Assembly: GCA_023250195.1 (NCBI GenBank) | Contig: JAHFBF010000007.1 | Coordinates: 1,128 to 65,127 of the forward strand | Source: Candidatus Melainabacteria bacterium | GTDB lineage: Bacteria; Cyanobacteriota; Vampirovibrionia; 2-02-FULL-35-15 | Direction: 5' to 3' | Length of the DNA stretch: 64,000 nt | Part shown: positions 1 to 10,000 of the stretch, piece by piece | Position numbering within the stretch: the stretch's first letter is position 1 | Layout: the number at the start of each line of letters is the position of its first letter | Program-made: the position numbers and the translations under genes | The notes under the pieces: model-generated | The model's input: the letters and a program-made list of their open reading frames with translations, nothing else | Databases searched by the model: none | What the model was told of the DNA's origin: nothing

Positions 1-1218
1 TGTAAAAAGTGGTACTCCTTCATTACCATCTGTTGTTGTTGAAGTCTGTGAAGTATGGTAACCACCACCGTAGAAAATCACTCTTCTACCGGGTCTTGGG
101 TTATGTAATCTTTCGGCTTCCAATCCTCTAAGACCTAAACCACTGATTCTTAGTCCTGGCATTCTTTCATCAGTCAAATTGCTGCCGGTCCATTCCGGTA
201 TGTGAATGTAGGGTACTATAGCTTCATACATTGCTCTGTCTCTTTCATTTTTTTGTTGTGCGGTGGGAGGTTGATCTCCAGTTGCACCATGCAATTGATC
301 GACACATATTACTTGAATACCCGATCTTTTTGCACCAATTATTACATTTGCAGTATTTCCAGCCCAGCTCGGTGCAAGTCCGGTAATTTCTGCAATTCTT
401 CTTACAAGAACATTTGTAGGCTGTGAGTAATCAAGTCCATTTATAGCTTCCTGGTGTCTTGGATGAATCTCTACAGCCAGTAAAACTTCTTCACCTCTTT
501 CTCTTGCCCTTTGGGCTAATCTGGGCATTGTCTCCCCGACTATATTTCCAAGCTCAGACATTGAATGGACTTCACCAATACCAATTATGTAATGGTTTTC
601 TACTGCTTCAATTAAAGTATCAGAAAGAGGTCTTTGATTTTGTGTGATGAGATTTCTGAATTCAGTCATTCTCGGTAAATGAAGTACAAGATCTCTATAT
701 CTTTGAGCAATATTTAAAAATCTATAATTATCTCCAAATATTGGATCATCAGGGCGGAACTGTAAAATTGCTCTTCTTACGTTTTGAGCATAAGCATCTA
801 TAAATCCTGCTCCCCTAATTATGCTTTCATCATCATTTCCCCAGTTAAGTCCATTAGGATTATAACTACTGATTATTGAATTTAGTTCAGAAATAGCAGT
901 GCTTAAATTTTCTCTTGTTACTGTAGGAGCAAGAATTTCTCTTCCACCCTGCAGATGAGTTACAAGCTGTTCAACCCCGATATCACCAACAATTGTTTGT
1001 ATTGGTGGGACTGCTCTTTGTGGCGGAGGAGGAGGTAAGAATACACAGTACTGTAGACGGCCAAAAGGATTTCTTTCTGTAAAAAATTCATCTTCATCTG
1101 ATAAAGGATGTACAAGACCCAAGTCTCTGTGAGGTCCATGACAATGTAATAAACCAGTTCTTGCAGTAACTGAACTTTCATTACTTCTATTAGGTAATAT
1201 AGCTAGTGGTTCTGACAT
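1..1218 (-). CDS. Partial ORF (runs off window start), EreA/ChaN/TraB(Tiki)-superfamily-like protein, >=406 aa
   Basis: Not in the ORF track. Manual translation from ATG at 1218 (MSEPLAILPNRSNESS...) stays open to base 1. Motifs IIGIGEVH, LLAVEIHP, IQVICVD, ERDRAMY and VIFYGGGYH occur in the order typical of EreA/ChaN-fold proteins. Confidence 0.7.
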   Translation of the reverse strand, partial: MSEPLAILPNRSNESSVTARTGLLHCHGPHRDLGLVHPLSDEDEFFTERNPFGRLQYCVFLPPPPPQRAVPPIQTIVGDIGVEQLVTHLQGGREILAPTVTRENLSTAISELNSIISSYNPNGLNWGNDDESIIRGAGFIDAYAQNVRRAILQFRPDDPIFGDNYRFLNIAQRYRDLVLHLPRMTEFRNLITQNQRPLSDTLIEAVENHYIIGIGEVHSMSELGNIVGETMPRLAQRARERGEEVLLAVEIHPRHQEAINGLDYSQPTNVLVRRIAEITGLAPSWAGNTANVIIGAKRSGIQVICVDQLHGATGDQPPTAQQKNERDRAMYEAIVPYIHIPEWTGSNLTDERMPGLRISGLGLRGLEAERLHNPRPGRRVIFYGGGYHTSQTSTTTDGNEGVPLFT

Positions 1219-1324
1219 TTAAAATTTGAATCCTGACTATACAAAGGATTCAAGTAAGATAAGTTGACAATTCTGTAAATATTTTTTTACTATTAATCGA
1301 TTCTTAAAATAAGAAGAAAATCTT

Positions 1325-1954
1325 TTAGCTTGCAAGCAAATTTTGATCTCTTAGTACTCGAGCAAATACTTCTGCACGTCCTAGTAATGTGGGTCGTATA
1401 TCATGAATCTCAGGACCTGTTGCTGGTCTGGAATCCGGCGGAAGTACGAGTCCCCGCTCTACAGCAAGTCTTTTCTTTGTTTCCTTGTCAACAAAACCTT
1501 GCCAGCTAACGTTATATTCAGATATTTGAGGATCTACCGTACCATCAGCACCAACTGTTCCATAGTAATTAATACGATTATCACTTCCATCATTATCTAG
1601 TCTGCGGCTACTAACACGAACATTGGCTTGTTCTGTAACAGGATCCAGCCTTAAGCTAACACTCTGATAATAAGAAAGACCCCAGCCACTCTTAAGTGGA
1701 TCTGCATAAAGAATAAGAGAATCATTTCTATTGCTTTCTTGACAGACATTAACAGTAGCCCCGCCTCTTTCTCGCAACAGCTTATCTACATCTGGCTCAA
1801 AGTAACATCCCATTCTTACCCCATTTACTTCCTGCTGTCCAAAAGATGCAGTTGGTTGAACACCTCTATCTTGGGCAGAAGCTACAAAACCTCTTACAGC
1901 AGGCCAATTAATCTTCCCAGCCTGGATTGGTAGAACTACAATTAATAAAAACAT
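1325..1954 (-). CDS. Hypothetical protein (209 aa)
   Basis: Long ORF with SD-like AGAGG and a sigma70-like promoter upstream; no recognised motif. Confidence 0.65.
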   Translation of the reverse strand: MFLLIVVLPIQAGKINWPAVRGFVASAQDRGVQPTASFGQQEVNGVRMGCYFEPDVDKLLRERGGATVNVCQESNRNDSLILYADPLKSGWGLSYYQSVSLRLDPVTEQANVRVSSRRLDNDGSDNRINYYGTVGADGTVDPQISEYNVSWQGFVDKETKKRLAVERGLVLPPDSRPATGPEIHDIRPTLLGRAEVFARVLRDQNLLAS

Positions 1955-1990
1955 TTCTAATTACCTCTTTCTCAACAACTATTTAATTTG

Positions 1991-2020
1991 AGTATAGAGC
2001 AAAAACTTAACAAAAGTCAA
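1991..2020 (-). promoter_or_regulatory. Putative sigma70 promoter TTGACT-N18-TATACT for ORF 1325-1954
   Basis: Near-consensus -35 and -10 boxes on the minus strand, 36 nt upstream of the ATG. Confidence 0.5.
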
Positions 2021-2072
2021 TATAAAACCTAAAGAAAAAATTAAAAATTCCACTTAAGATTGCTTAATTATT

Positions 2073-3113
2073 TTAATGTAGATTAAATGCCTGTTTGATC
2101 TCACCCATTGTTTTTATCGTAAGCGCTGTCAAATAAAAAGGTCTTTTAATTAACAACAAAAAAACTGTAAGCGGCAAAATTAAAACCAATAAAAACAATT
2201 TCAGCCATAAAAAGATTGATACTTTAAATATTTTTGTTTTTAATAAAAGCATTTCAAAAATTGGAGGCAGTTTATTTGCAATAAGACCTTCGATTCCAAG
2301 CATATGCTTATTTCTGATATTAAAGATTCTTCCGGTGTCTTTCACAAGATAAAGTGATTTCCCTAAATTAAAATACCACCTGTGTAAGTAGTTCACTGAA
2401 AGCCTTTCAGGAGCTACAGGATGATAAAGTGCAGCATAAGGCCAATAAAGAATTTTAAATTTATTTATCAGTGCATACCAGAAAAACTCAGTATCTTCAC
2501 AAAGCCCACTCTGACCGGCTCCCAAATCTTCTCTAAACGGACCAACTTTTTCAAATACTTCTTTCTTCACCAAAAAGCAAGCACCAATTGGATTTTGAGC
2601 TTTTCTGTTAGGATACTGCAGCACTTCTTTCCCAAGATCGTGAATAGGCAAAAAACTCTGAATTAGATTAAAAGGTTTTTTCAAGGCTAACCAGAACGGT
2701 GGCTTTGTAATTCCCTGCCAATCCGGCAAAACTCTAAAACCAAACATTTGAAATTCAGGATATTCCTGTACCCCAAATAAAGCATTACTTAAAAACTCAT
2801 TTGGAATTAAAATATCATCATCTGCAAATAATAAAAGTGAACCTTTTGAAGCCAATATACCTGCATTACGTGCACATGAAAGCCCGGGTTTTGGTTCAAA
2901 AATATAATTTATTTTTAAATTGCTGCCTTCACAAAATGCATATGCAACTTCTTTTGTGTTGTCATTTGAGTTATTATCAACAATGACAATTTCCCAGTTT
3001 AATTTCTCAATATTTTTTTGAGAACCAAGACACTGAATTAAAGTTGCCAGTTGTTTTGCTCTGTTTTTTGTACAGATGACTACTGAAAGTTCTATTTGTG
3101 TTTTCATATTCAT
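2073..3113 (-). CDS. Family 2 glycosyltransferase
   Basis: LSVVICTKNR, EIVIVDNNS, GLSCARNAG, FADDD (DxD) and CEDTEF motifs; C-terminal hydrophobic segment. Start adjusted to ATG 3113. Confidence 0.92.
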   Translation of the reverse strand: MNMKTQIELSVVICTKNRAKQLATLIQCLGSQKNIEKLNWEIVIVDNNSNDNTKEVAYAFCEGSNLKINYIFEPKPGLSCARNAGILASKGSLLLFADDDILIPNEFLSNALFGVQEYPEFQMFGFRVLPDWQGITKPPFWLALKKPFNLIQSFLPIHDLGKEVLQYPNRKAQNPIGACFLVKKEVFEKVGPFREDLGAGQSGLCEDTEFFWYALINKFKILYWPYAALYHPVAPERLSVNYLHRWYFNLGKSLYLVKDTGRIFNIRNKHMLGIEGLIANKLPPIFEMLLLKTKIFKVSIFLWLKLFLLVLILPLTVFLLLIKRPFYLTALTIKTMGEIKQAFNLH

Positions 3114-3198
3114 GTTTATTTTATTCAGCAACACAATTTTCTAATAAAATTGTGTTGCTTTCCATAGTGTTTTTGGTATGCTTAATCTGTCGTTATCC

Positions 3199-3228
3199 AG
3201 GTTTTGCCTAATGAATAGGACAAAACCT
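3199..3228 (-). promoter_or_regulatory. Bulged-U hairpin motif, copy 1 (GT2 leader)
   Basis: Minus strand AGGTTTTG-T-CCTA-TTCAT-TAGG-CAAAACCT; same architecture at 30036-30063 and 56210-56236. Confidence 0.5.
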
Positions 3229-3265
3229 TTCCTAGTGAATTTTTGTTATTCTGGTCAAATTACTA

Positions 3266-4315
3266 ATGTTAAGCAGTTACAATTTATTTGATCTTGAAAC
3301 ATATAACTATTCTCTTCCAAAAGAGCTAATTGCACAATATCCCTGTGAGAAACGTGATGAGTCTCGGTTACTTTGTTACAAAAGGGATAGGAATAAAATA
3401 TCACACCACAAATTTTATGAGCTTTCAGATATGCTTGGTGAAAATGATGTACTTGTTCTAAACAATACAAAGGTATTGCCTGCTAGATTTTACGCAAAGA
3501 CAAAAGAAGATAAAGAAGTCGAGATATTACTTGTAAATTCCATAAGTCCAGACAATCTAACCTGGAAAGTTTTGGCAAGTCCAAGAAAGCATTTAAAAGG
3601 TCTAGAGATGTTGCATGCAAAGTCTCTAGCACCAATTAACGTCATAGATCCTGACACAATTAAATTTAATTCTCACAACGATCTTGAATTAATCTTAAAT
3701 CAAATTGGTACAATGCCTCTTCCTCCTTACATTAAAAGAAAATCAGAGAACATAGACATTGATCGTTATCAAACAGTCTTTGCAAAAGAGTCAGGTGCTG
3801 TCGCTGCTCCAACTGCTGCATTACATTTTACAGAAGAACTTTTAAACAAAATAAAAAATCAGGGAACTGAAATCTTATACATTACACTGCATGTAGGACC
3901 CGGTACCTTTCTCCCAATAAGAACCGATGATATTAGAGAACACAAATTAATCCCCGAAAGATTCCATATAGAAGAAGAAGTCTGGAATAAAATCCTCAAA
4001 GCTAAAAAAAATAAAAAAAGAATAGTTGCCTGCGGCACGACAACGGTTAGAACAATTGAATATGTGGCATTGGCAGAGACATGCGGCCGTATGTCTCTGC
4101 AAGGATCAAACAATCTTTATATTAAACCAGGTTTTAAATTTCAAATTGTTGATTCATTAATTACAAATTTTCATTTGCCTAAAACATCACTGCTGGTATT
4201 AATAAGCGCTTTTATTGGCTGGGAAAGTGTTAAAAGGATTTACGAAGATGCCATTAAAGAAAAATACAGATTTTTTAGTTATGGAGATGCAATGTTTATC
4301 AATAAAGAACATTAA
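3266..4315 (+). CDS. queA: S-adenosylmethionine:tRNA ribosyltransferase-isomerase
   Basis: LPKELIAQYP, NNTKVLPAR, MPLPPYIKR, RYQTVFA, AVAAPTA, LHVGPGTF, TNFHLPK and YRFFSYGDAM motifs. Confidence 0.98.
   Translation: MLSSYNLFDLETYNYSLPKELIAQYPCEKRDESRLLCYKRDRNKISHHKFYELSDMLGENDVLVLNNTKVLPARFYAKTKEDKEVEILLVNSISPDNLTWKVLASPRKHLKGLEMLHAKSLAPINVIDPDTIKFNSHNDLELILNQIGTMPLPPYIKRKSENIDIDRYQTVFAKESGAVAAPTAALHFTEELLNKIKNQGTEILYITLHVGPGTFLPIRTDDIREHKLIPERFHIEEEVWNKILKAKKNKKRIVACGTTTVRTIEYVALAETCGRMSLQGSNNLYIKPGFKFQIVDSLITNFHLPKTSLLVLISAFIGWESVKRIYEDAIKEKYRFFSYGDAMFINKEH
3602..3629. repeat. Degenerate GTAG-type palindrome inside queA
   Basis: CTAGAGATGTTGCATGCAAAGTCTCTAG, read as LEMLHAKSL; same TTGCATGCAA core as the copies at 43063 and 44946. 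Confidence 0.75.
4073..4100. repeat. GTAG-type palindrome inside queA
   Basis: GCAGAGACATGCGGCCGTATGTCTCTGC, read as AETCGRMSL; GC-rich island in an AT-rich gene. Confidence 0.75.
4258..4299 (+). repeat. queA 3' end, direct repeat copy 1 (42 bp)
   Basis: Matches 6862-6903 at 40/42 positions. Confidence 0.9.
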
Positions 4316-4402
4316 TTAGAATCAAATAAAATCTTAAGTTAATAGCTTCTTAATTTCTTATTTGTATATTTAGGACAAAAGTCCTTTTCAATAAACATAC
4401 AA

Positions 4403-6832
4403 ATGGAACTGAGTCTTCAAAAAGCGCAGCTTGAACTTATTCAAGGAAAACTTATATCAAGAGATAGAAGTGCTACTCCGCTATCCAGCAGAGATAGCAT
4501 TGCTCTAGATGAAAGACCAAGAAGTCTTTCCAGTATAACTCCAGGTGATTTACTAACTAGAGAACTTACTCCAAATGAACTTCGTGAAGAAATTAAATTA
4601 GAAAATAGTGAAGAGACTGATGTTAGAAGAATTAAAGTAAACATTGCTGAACTCCTTATAACTAGAATGAAAGAAGAGTTAGAGCGACTTAACGCCATAT
4701 CTGTGAAATATTATGGAATGCTCGGGAAAGATCTTAAAGCTATAGCTGCTAAAAGATCAAAACAAGCTTTAGAAGCAAAAGATCTGCTATTGGTAAGAAG
4801 TGGTGATTTGCCTCTTTTTAAGATTGGGAGCCGAACTACAATTGACAAATTTATAAAAGTCTTAGAATTTGTAGCAAAGAAAAATGATATTGAGCAGGTA
4901 CTGGATGATGAAATTATTGCTTTAGCAGCCTACAAAGCTACATCAGAAGACGGGTTTTTGTCTAATCTTCCGGATGGGCTATTTGACAATAATACAGAAG
5001 TTCGGAAAGGTGTTCTTGTAAGACATTACATGCTTGATATAGCAAGACTTAGTACTGCACGTGAAATTGAAACTTGCAGGGGCATAAAAGAAGGAATGCT
5101 TAAAGCCAGATTGGATAGGTTATTCAGAGGCTCTTCAGTTCCAGAACTTTTAAAACTGGATTCAGCATTTGGGAGTTTGTATAAAGGAGAAGATCCGCCC
5201 ATCAGAGAATGGCAAGTTTACTCAAACAAATGGCAAGAAACTGATTCCAGAGAATTAGCTAAAAGAGCATGTGCATGGTTTTTAAGGTTTGGGATAAAAG
5301 TTGTAAAAACAGAAGAAGGAAATCTATCTTTTGATGTTGAAAAGATTAAAAGCATTTCTTGGGCACAAGCATTGCTTAAACATGATTTAAGGAGTATGCA
5401 TGAATATTGTGAATCTGCTAATAATGGGAAAAAAATTGTAGAGCTTGGAGCAGAAGGATTGAACTTGCCAAAACCTATAGGCATAAATGGAGAACCTTTA
5501 CTTCCGTGGGAGATTACTTCAGTTGGAATGTGGCAGGAAGTAGACAAGGAAACAGGCAGAATGTTAATAGATGATGTTACAGACTATTTAATTGCCAACT
5601 TAAGAAAATCAAATCCTGAACTCTTCGAAAAAGTTGATCATCATGGATATGGAACAGGAGAATTAAACCCAAAGGAAGCCAGTAAGTTTAAATGGTATGA
5701 AGCCTATAATTTAATAGCAAATGGTTGTTTAGACGGTTCAAAAACAGCAGCTCCTGAAGCACTAAAACGCAGATTGCCCAGATCATTTGGTTGGGGAAAA
5801 AATCAACTCAAGCCTTACCAAATCAAAATTGATGATATGTGGGAAGGGGAAGGTGGAAAAGTATTGTTTAGAAAATCTGTAGCCTGTGCCTTAAGAGAAT
5901 CCGGACTAGGAACTTTTTCTATACATAACAATGAATTAATTTATACCTTTAATAAGGCAGAATTCGAGACTTGGTATGAAACAGAAATCAGACAAAATAA
6001 TAAGAATAACGTTATTGAATTTTTGGCAAAACATGGACTATCTGGAGGATTTCGTTATAAGGCAGGCAGCATTTCCGGGTTATTGAAAATATTGTTTAAT
6101 GTTCCAGCTGGTACAGAGCTAGAGCTAGCTAAGTGCAGAAGCAGCGAAAAAGTAAAAGAAACTATTAAAGACTTACTGACACAAGAAGGAGATCAATTAA
6201 AAATTTCTTTGGGAATAATTAATGAAACGGAAAAGGAAACAATCTTACAGGAAGGGTGCTCTGAAAAATTTGATATCCCGATTTCAAAGAAATGGACAGA
6301 AAAAGCAGAAAGACCTTTTTTAGACTATGGTATTTGTATTAAAGGAAGATATAGCTCAAGAAATCGATTTTCAGTTGATGGAACAAATCTTGAAAAATTG
6401 TTTGGAGACACATCTAGAAATCCCTTAAAAGATTCTCTGGACAAAATGCAAAGCATTTTTCTGTCTTCAAATTTTGAATTAAGGCAATTCGGAAGAATAG
6501 AGGCTTTACTAAAACCTTCAAAAAAATTCTCTGATCAAGATTTTATTAATGTTTTAACTGTAATTTCACAAAACCTGGATGACATCAACTTCAGATCTGA
6601 TACCCCTTTAAAAGACAATTTAAGAAATGTTATTAATGAAACTCTTGAAGATCCAAGAAGATTAAAAGCAATTCTTGAAGAAGCAGTAACCAACTCAAAA
6701 AAAGAGGATAATACAACAAGAGAAATTTTTCACAATGCAAGCCCCCTTGATGCTCTAGAACATATTCTTGATTTTCTCGGACAAGCAATGACAAATCACG
6801 AGATCAGCAAACTGAGAGCAGGAAGAAATTAA
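4403..6832 (+). CDS. Large orphan protein with Trp-rich repeats (DUF4046-like), paralogue of 7025-10567
   Basis: 809 aa. Repeated P-x-(R/P)-(W/E/Y)...W motifs (GEDPPIREWQVYSNKW, LLPWEITSVGMW, LKPYQIKIDDMW); aligns by eye with the downstream ORF. Confidence 0.75.
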   Translation: MELSLQKAQLELIQGKLISRDRSATPLSSRDSIALDERPRSLSSITPGDLLTRELTPNELREEIKLENSEETDVRRIKVNIAELLITRMKEELERLNAISVKYYGMLGKDLKAIAAKRSKQALEAKDLLLVRSGDLPLFKIGSRTTIDKFIKVLEFVAKKNDIEQVLDDEIIALAAYKATSEDGFLSNLPDGLFDNNTEVRKGVLVRHYMLDIARLSTAREIETCRGIKEGMLKARLDRLFRGSSVPELLKLDSAFGSLYKGEDPPIREWQVYSNKWQETDSRELAKRACAWFLRFGIKVVKTEEGNLSFDVEKIKSISWAQALLKHDLRSMHEYCESANNGKKIVELGAEGLNLPKPIGINGEPLLPWEITSVGMWQEVDKETGRMLIDDVTDYLIANLRKSNPELFEKVDHHGYGTGELNPKEASKFKWYEAYNLIANGCLDGSKTAAPEALKRRLPRSFGWGKNQLKPYQIKIDDMWEGEGGKVLFRKSVACALRESGLGTFSIHNNELIYTFNKAEFETWYETEIRQNNKNNVIEFLAKHGLSGGFRYKAGSISGLLKILFNVPAGTELELAKCRSSEKVKETIKDLLTQEGDQLKISLGIINETEKETILQEGCSEKFDIPISKKWTEKAERPFLDYGICIKGRYSSRNRFSVDGTNLEKLFGDTSRNPLKDSLDKMQSIFLSSNFELRQFGRIEALLKPSKKFSDQDFINVLTVISQNLDDINFRSDTPLKDNLRNVINETLEDPRRLKAILEEAVTNSKKEDNTTREIFHNASPLDALEHILDFLGQAMTNHEISKLRAGRN

Positions 6833-6861
6833 GAAACGGTAAATTTATTATTTAATCAAAT

Positions 6862-6910
6862 AGAAAAATACAGATTTTTCAGTTATGGCGATGCAATGTT
6901 TATTGAATAG
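6862..6910 (+). pseudogene. Displaced copy of the queA 3' end (EKYRFFSYGDAMFIE*)
   Basis: 42 bp direct repeat of 4258-4299 with two synonymous changes (TTT/TTC, GGA/GGC), followed by its own stop codon. Confidence 0.85.
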
Positions 6911-7024
6911 TTTCTAAGCAGATTTTAAAGGAGAAATTGCATAGTTCACTGATTTAACCTATTTAGCTTGCTCCCCCTGTAAAATGTTAAAGACTTCTTT
7001 TTAGTTTAAGAAAAATTTTAAAAT

Positions 7025-10000
7025 ATGAGTATAAATTTAACGGTTCGTTCAGTAGGCATTCCTAAAACAGGTCCTGTTACCCCTTCAGATTCACTTGCTA
7101 TAAATGGTTCTGCAACAGACCATAGAAATGGTTCTTCTCCCACTGTTAATACTTCTGCTTTGGCGATTTTACTTAGCAGAGCATCAATCTCTCCATTAGC
7201 AAGAACAAAAATTGAGCCTGGTGCAGATACAAAAGAAGCAGCAGGAAGCAAAAATAAAACAATAGGTTCTCAACAAATAAAATTCACTCCATATACTCAT
7301 CCAACACCAGGACAATCAGAAGTCTGCATAAGAGGTAAAGGCAAAGATTCAAAAATCCTTATTCCTTATGACCCAAAAACTATACCTGATCCTAAGCAGA
7401 TCCCAAGAAGCGAGATAAAAATAAATGGACTGAATAATGATTATATAAAACAAGCAAGAAGAGTTTCAGATGCAATTCTTGAAGAATGGAAAGCAGCCTA
7501 CGGATTACGAGCCGAATATGCAACTGTAAGAGATGCTTATACAGAAGAGCTTAAAGGCTCATTTAAATATAAGGTTAAAGACGCTGGTGATGAAGGGCAA
7601 GAACAAAAAAGAATAAAAGTCCGCTACAAATCAACTGAAGCAAAAACTGCTCTTAGAGGAGAAATGTCAGCAGCTAAAAGAAAATGCGAAGAGCATCCAT
7701 TTGGCAGGCTTTATGGAAAACATACTTCCACAACAATGGAAGTATTCAATGGAGTATATGAGCAAAAAGCCAATGAACTGATAGCCTTAGATAAAGTAGA
7801 TCTGAAAGATGATCCTGCATTTAAAACTCTTGTTGCATATTTATGCTTGAGAAAAGAGAAAGAAGCAGGGCTTAGCATGCTTCCACATGGACTTTTAAAT
7901 CATGATGATGAGCATCTAGTTGAAAAAGTAAGAGTGCTTGGCACCTATTTGTTTGTAAATAAATTAGGACTTGATACTGCTGAAAAATTTGAAAGATTTA
8001 AGAACTGGACCAATGCATTTAATGAAGGTGACTTACCACAAGTAGGTAAGCTTATATCAAATGTTGAGCTTTTAAAGTTAATGTTACCAGGATATCTTGA
8101 TGGAGAAAATCCACCTGTTAGAGAGTGGCTTGTATCTGCCACAAACAAATGGCGTGGTGATGATAGTGAACTTCTTGCAATTAAAAGAAATGCTGAAAGG
8201 GCCTGTAAGCATGTAATCTCTGCTCAAGAAGGTATTGTAAAGGAAGACGGAACAATTGACGTTGAAAAGTTTGCAGAAAAGGACTGGGGAAAGATTTTTC
8301 ATGAAGAAAAATATGGATTAAGAGGAGCTATTGGTCCTTGTATTTATATTCCGGGGGTAATCGGTGCAATAAACCTTGCAATACCAGGAATGATTGGAGG
8401 TAAAAATGGTTTACCAAGAGCAAAATTTAAATATCCAGATAAATGGGATGAAGGAAGCAGACTGGAAATCATTGATGAGTTGACTAGATATATAGTTGAA
8501 AGAAAACTAAAGCTGACTGATGAACATGGAAAAGCAACTGCAGAAAAAATAAAACAAGTTACAAACTGGCATGAACAATTTGATGAAGAATGTGCAGGTT
8601 GTCTAAGACGCTCTGGAGTAATGACTGCAGAAGCAGCACTTAAGAGAGTTTATCCTCACTTATTTGGATGGAGAACAGAAACAGATCAGGTTAATCCAGG
8701 CGACATAAGATCTTCAGGAATGTGGGACAGTGAAGCTGGAGAAAAACTTTTCAAATTAAAATTTGCAAAAAGCCTTCATACTGTTTTTGAGAAGTTAAAA
8801 GAAGCTGGTATAGAAGGTTTTGAAAACCATGGGGTGAAATTTTATCCTAATATTGAATATCCCTTACGCTTGCCTAGAAAAGATTTTATTAGTTTGAAAA
8901 ATTATTATATTGCTCATGGGATAAGCTGGCAGGAACATTTTCTTGTTTTTAATCTAGCTGGTGGATTTGCTGAGGTATGTAAATCCACTGAAAGAGCATT
9001 TGAATTAACACTTGGAAAGAAAAACAAAAGAACCAATTGTTTTGGTACTACTGATATTTTAGTTGCTGATGTTATTGACAAGAATCCTATACGTAATTCA
9101 CTGCTGATAGACCTTTTAAAAGATTTTCCTCCTCATCTTAAAGGAGCTGATATTAAAATTAACAATTCAGAAAAAAGCCTGAGAAGACCTGATTATACAG
9201 GTGTTGAAGATACTTGTCTTGAGCCGCTTCTTGCACATAGGCCACAAAGTATTGTTCTTGAAAAGACAGAAGCTCTATATAACGCTTTTGCTGCAGCTGT
9301 TTTGCCTTGTCAAAAGAAGGATAAAGAAACTCAGGTAAAAGATAATTTTACTGCTCTTGAAAAAATTTTATCAGCTGTTTATCCTACAGGGGACAGAAAA
9401 AATGATCTTATACTTTCAGACCGAAGACTGGTTCACCTATTAACTGCAATAAGGGATAACATCATTGATGAAACAAATATAGACGGTGAATTAAAAGCAA
9501 GACTAAAGGATCTCATAACCAGAATATGCAGTGTTAAAAAACCCAGCAATACTCCAAGAGAAGTACTGCTAGCAGCTTGTCAAACTGATATCAGATATGG
9601 AGAAAGATTTAATGCCTTAGGCACATTAAATAAAGTTATTGAACATGTCTTTGAACTTATGGCAATTCATGAAATGAGATATCTCCGAGAAAATGATTCT
9701 AACACTTCTCACTTTCAAAGAGTTTTAGGAAGTCTAGAAATTGTTGAAGGCTCTAAAGAGCTTGAAGAAGATGTTGTTGAAGAAGTTACAGATGAAGAAG
9801 TTACAGAACAGGCTGAAGAAGCAGACCCAATCCGTCCACCAGATGAAGATGATGAATTACCTGATGTGGATTTGGGTATTGTTACTGAGCAAACAAAAAG
9901 AATTGCTGAGGGGAGAGAAGAAGAAGAAGAGACAATAATCAGAACCCTTGTAGAAATTGCTCAGAATAAAACATCTGGCAGAAGACCTTTGACAGAATTA

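Noticed and set aside
202-1181. ORF-track entries 202-426, 459-647 and 960-1181
   Set aside because: They are shadow or alternate frames of the long minus-strand ORF 1-1218.
3135-3265. preQ1 riboswitch upstream of queA
   Set aside because: No preQ1-I stem-loop with an A-rich tail is seen on the plus strand; the hairpins present fit the opposite (GT2) leader better.
4258-6910. Prophage or integrative element at queA
   Set aside because: The att-like repeat is present, but the only enclosed gene has no recognisable integrase, phage or conjugation motifs.
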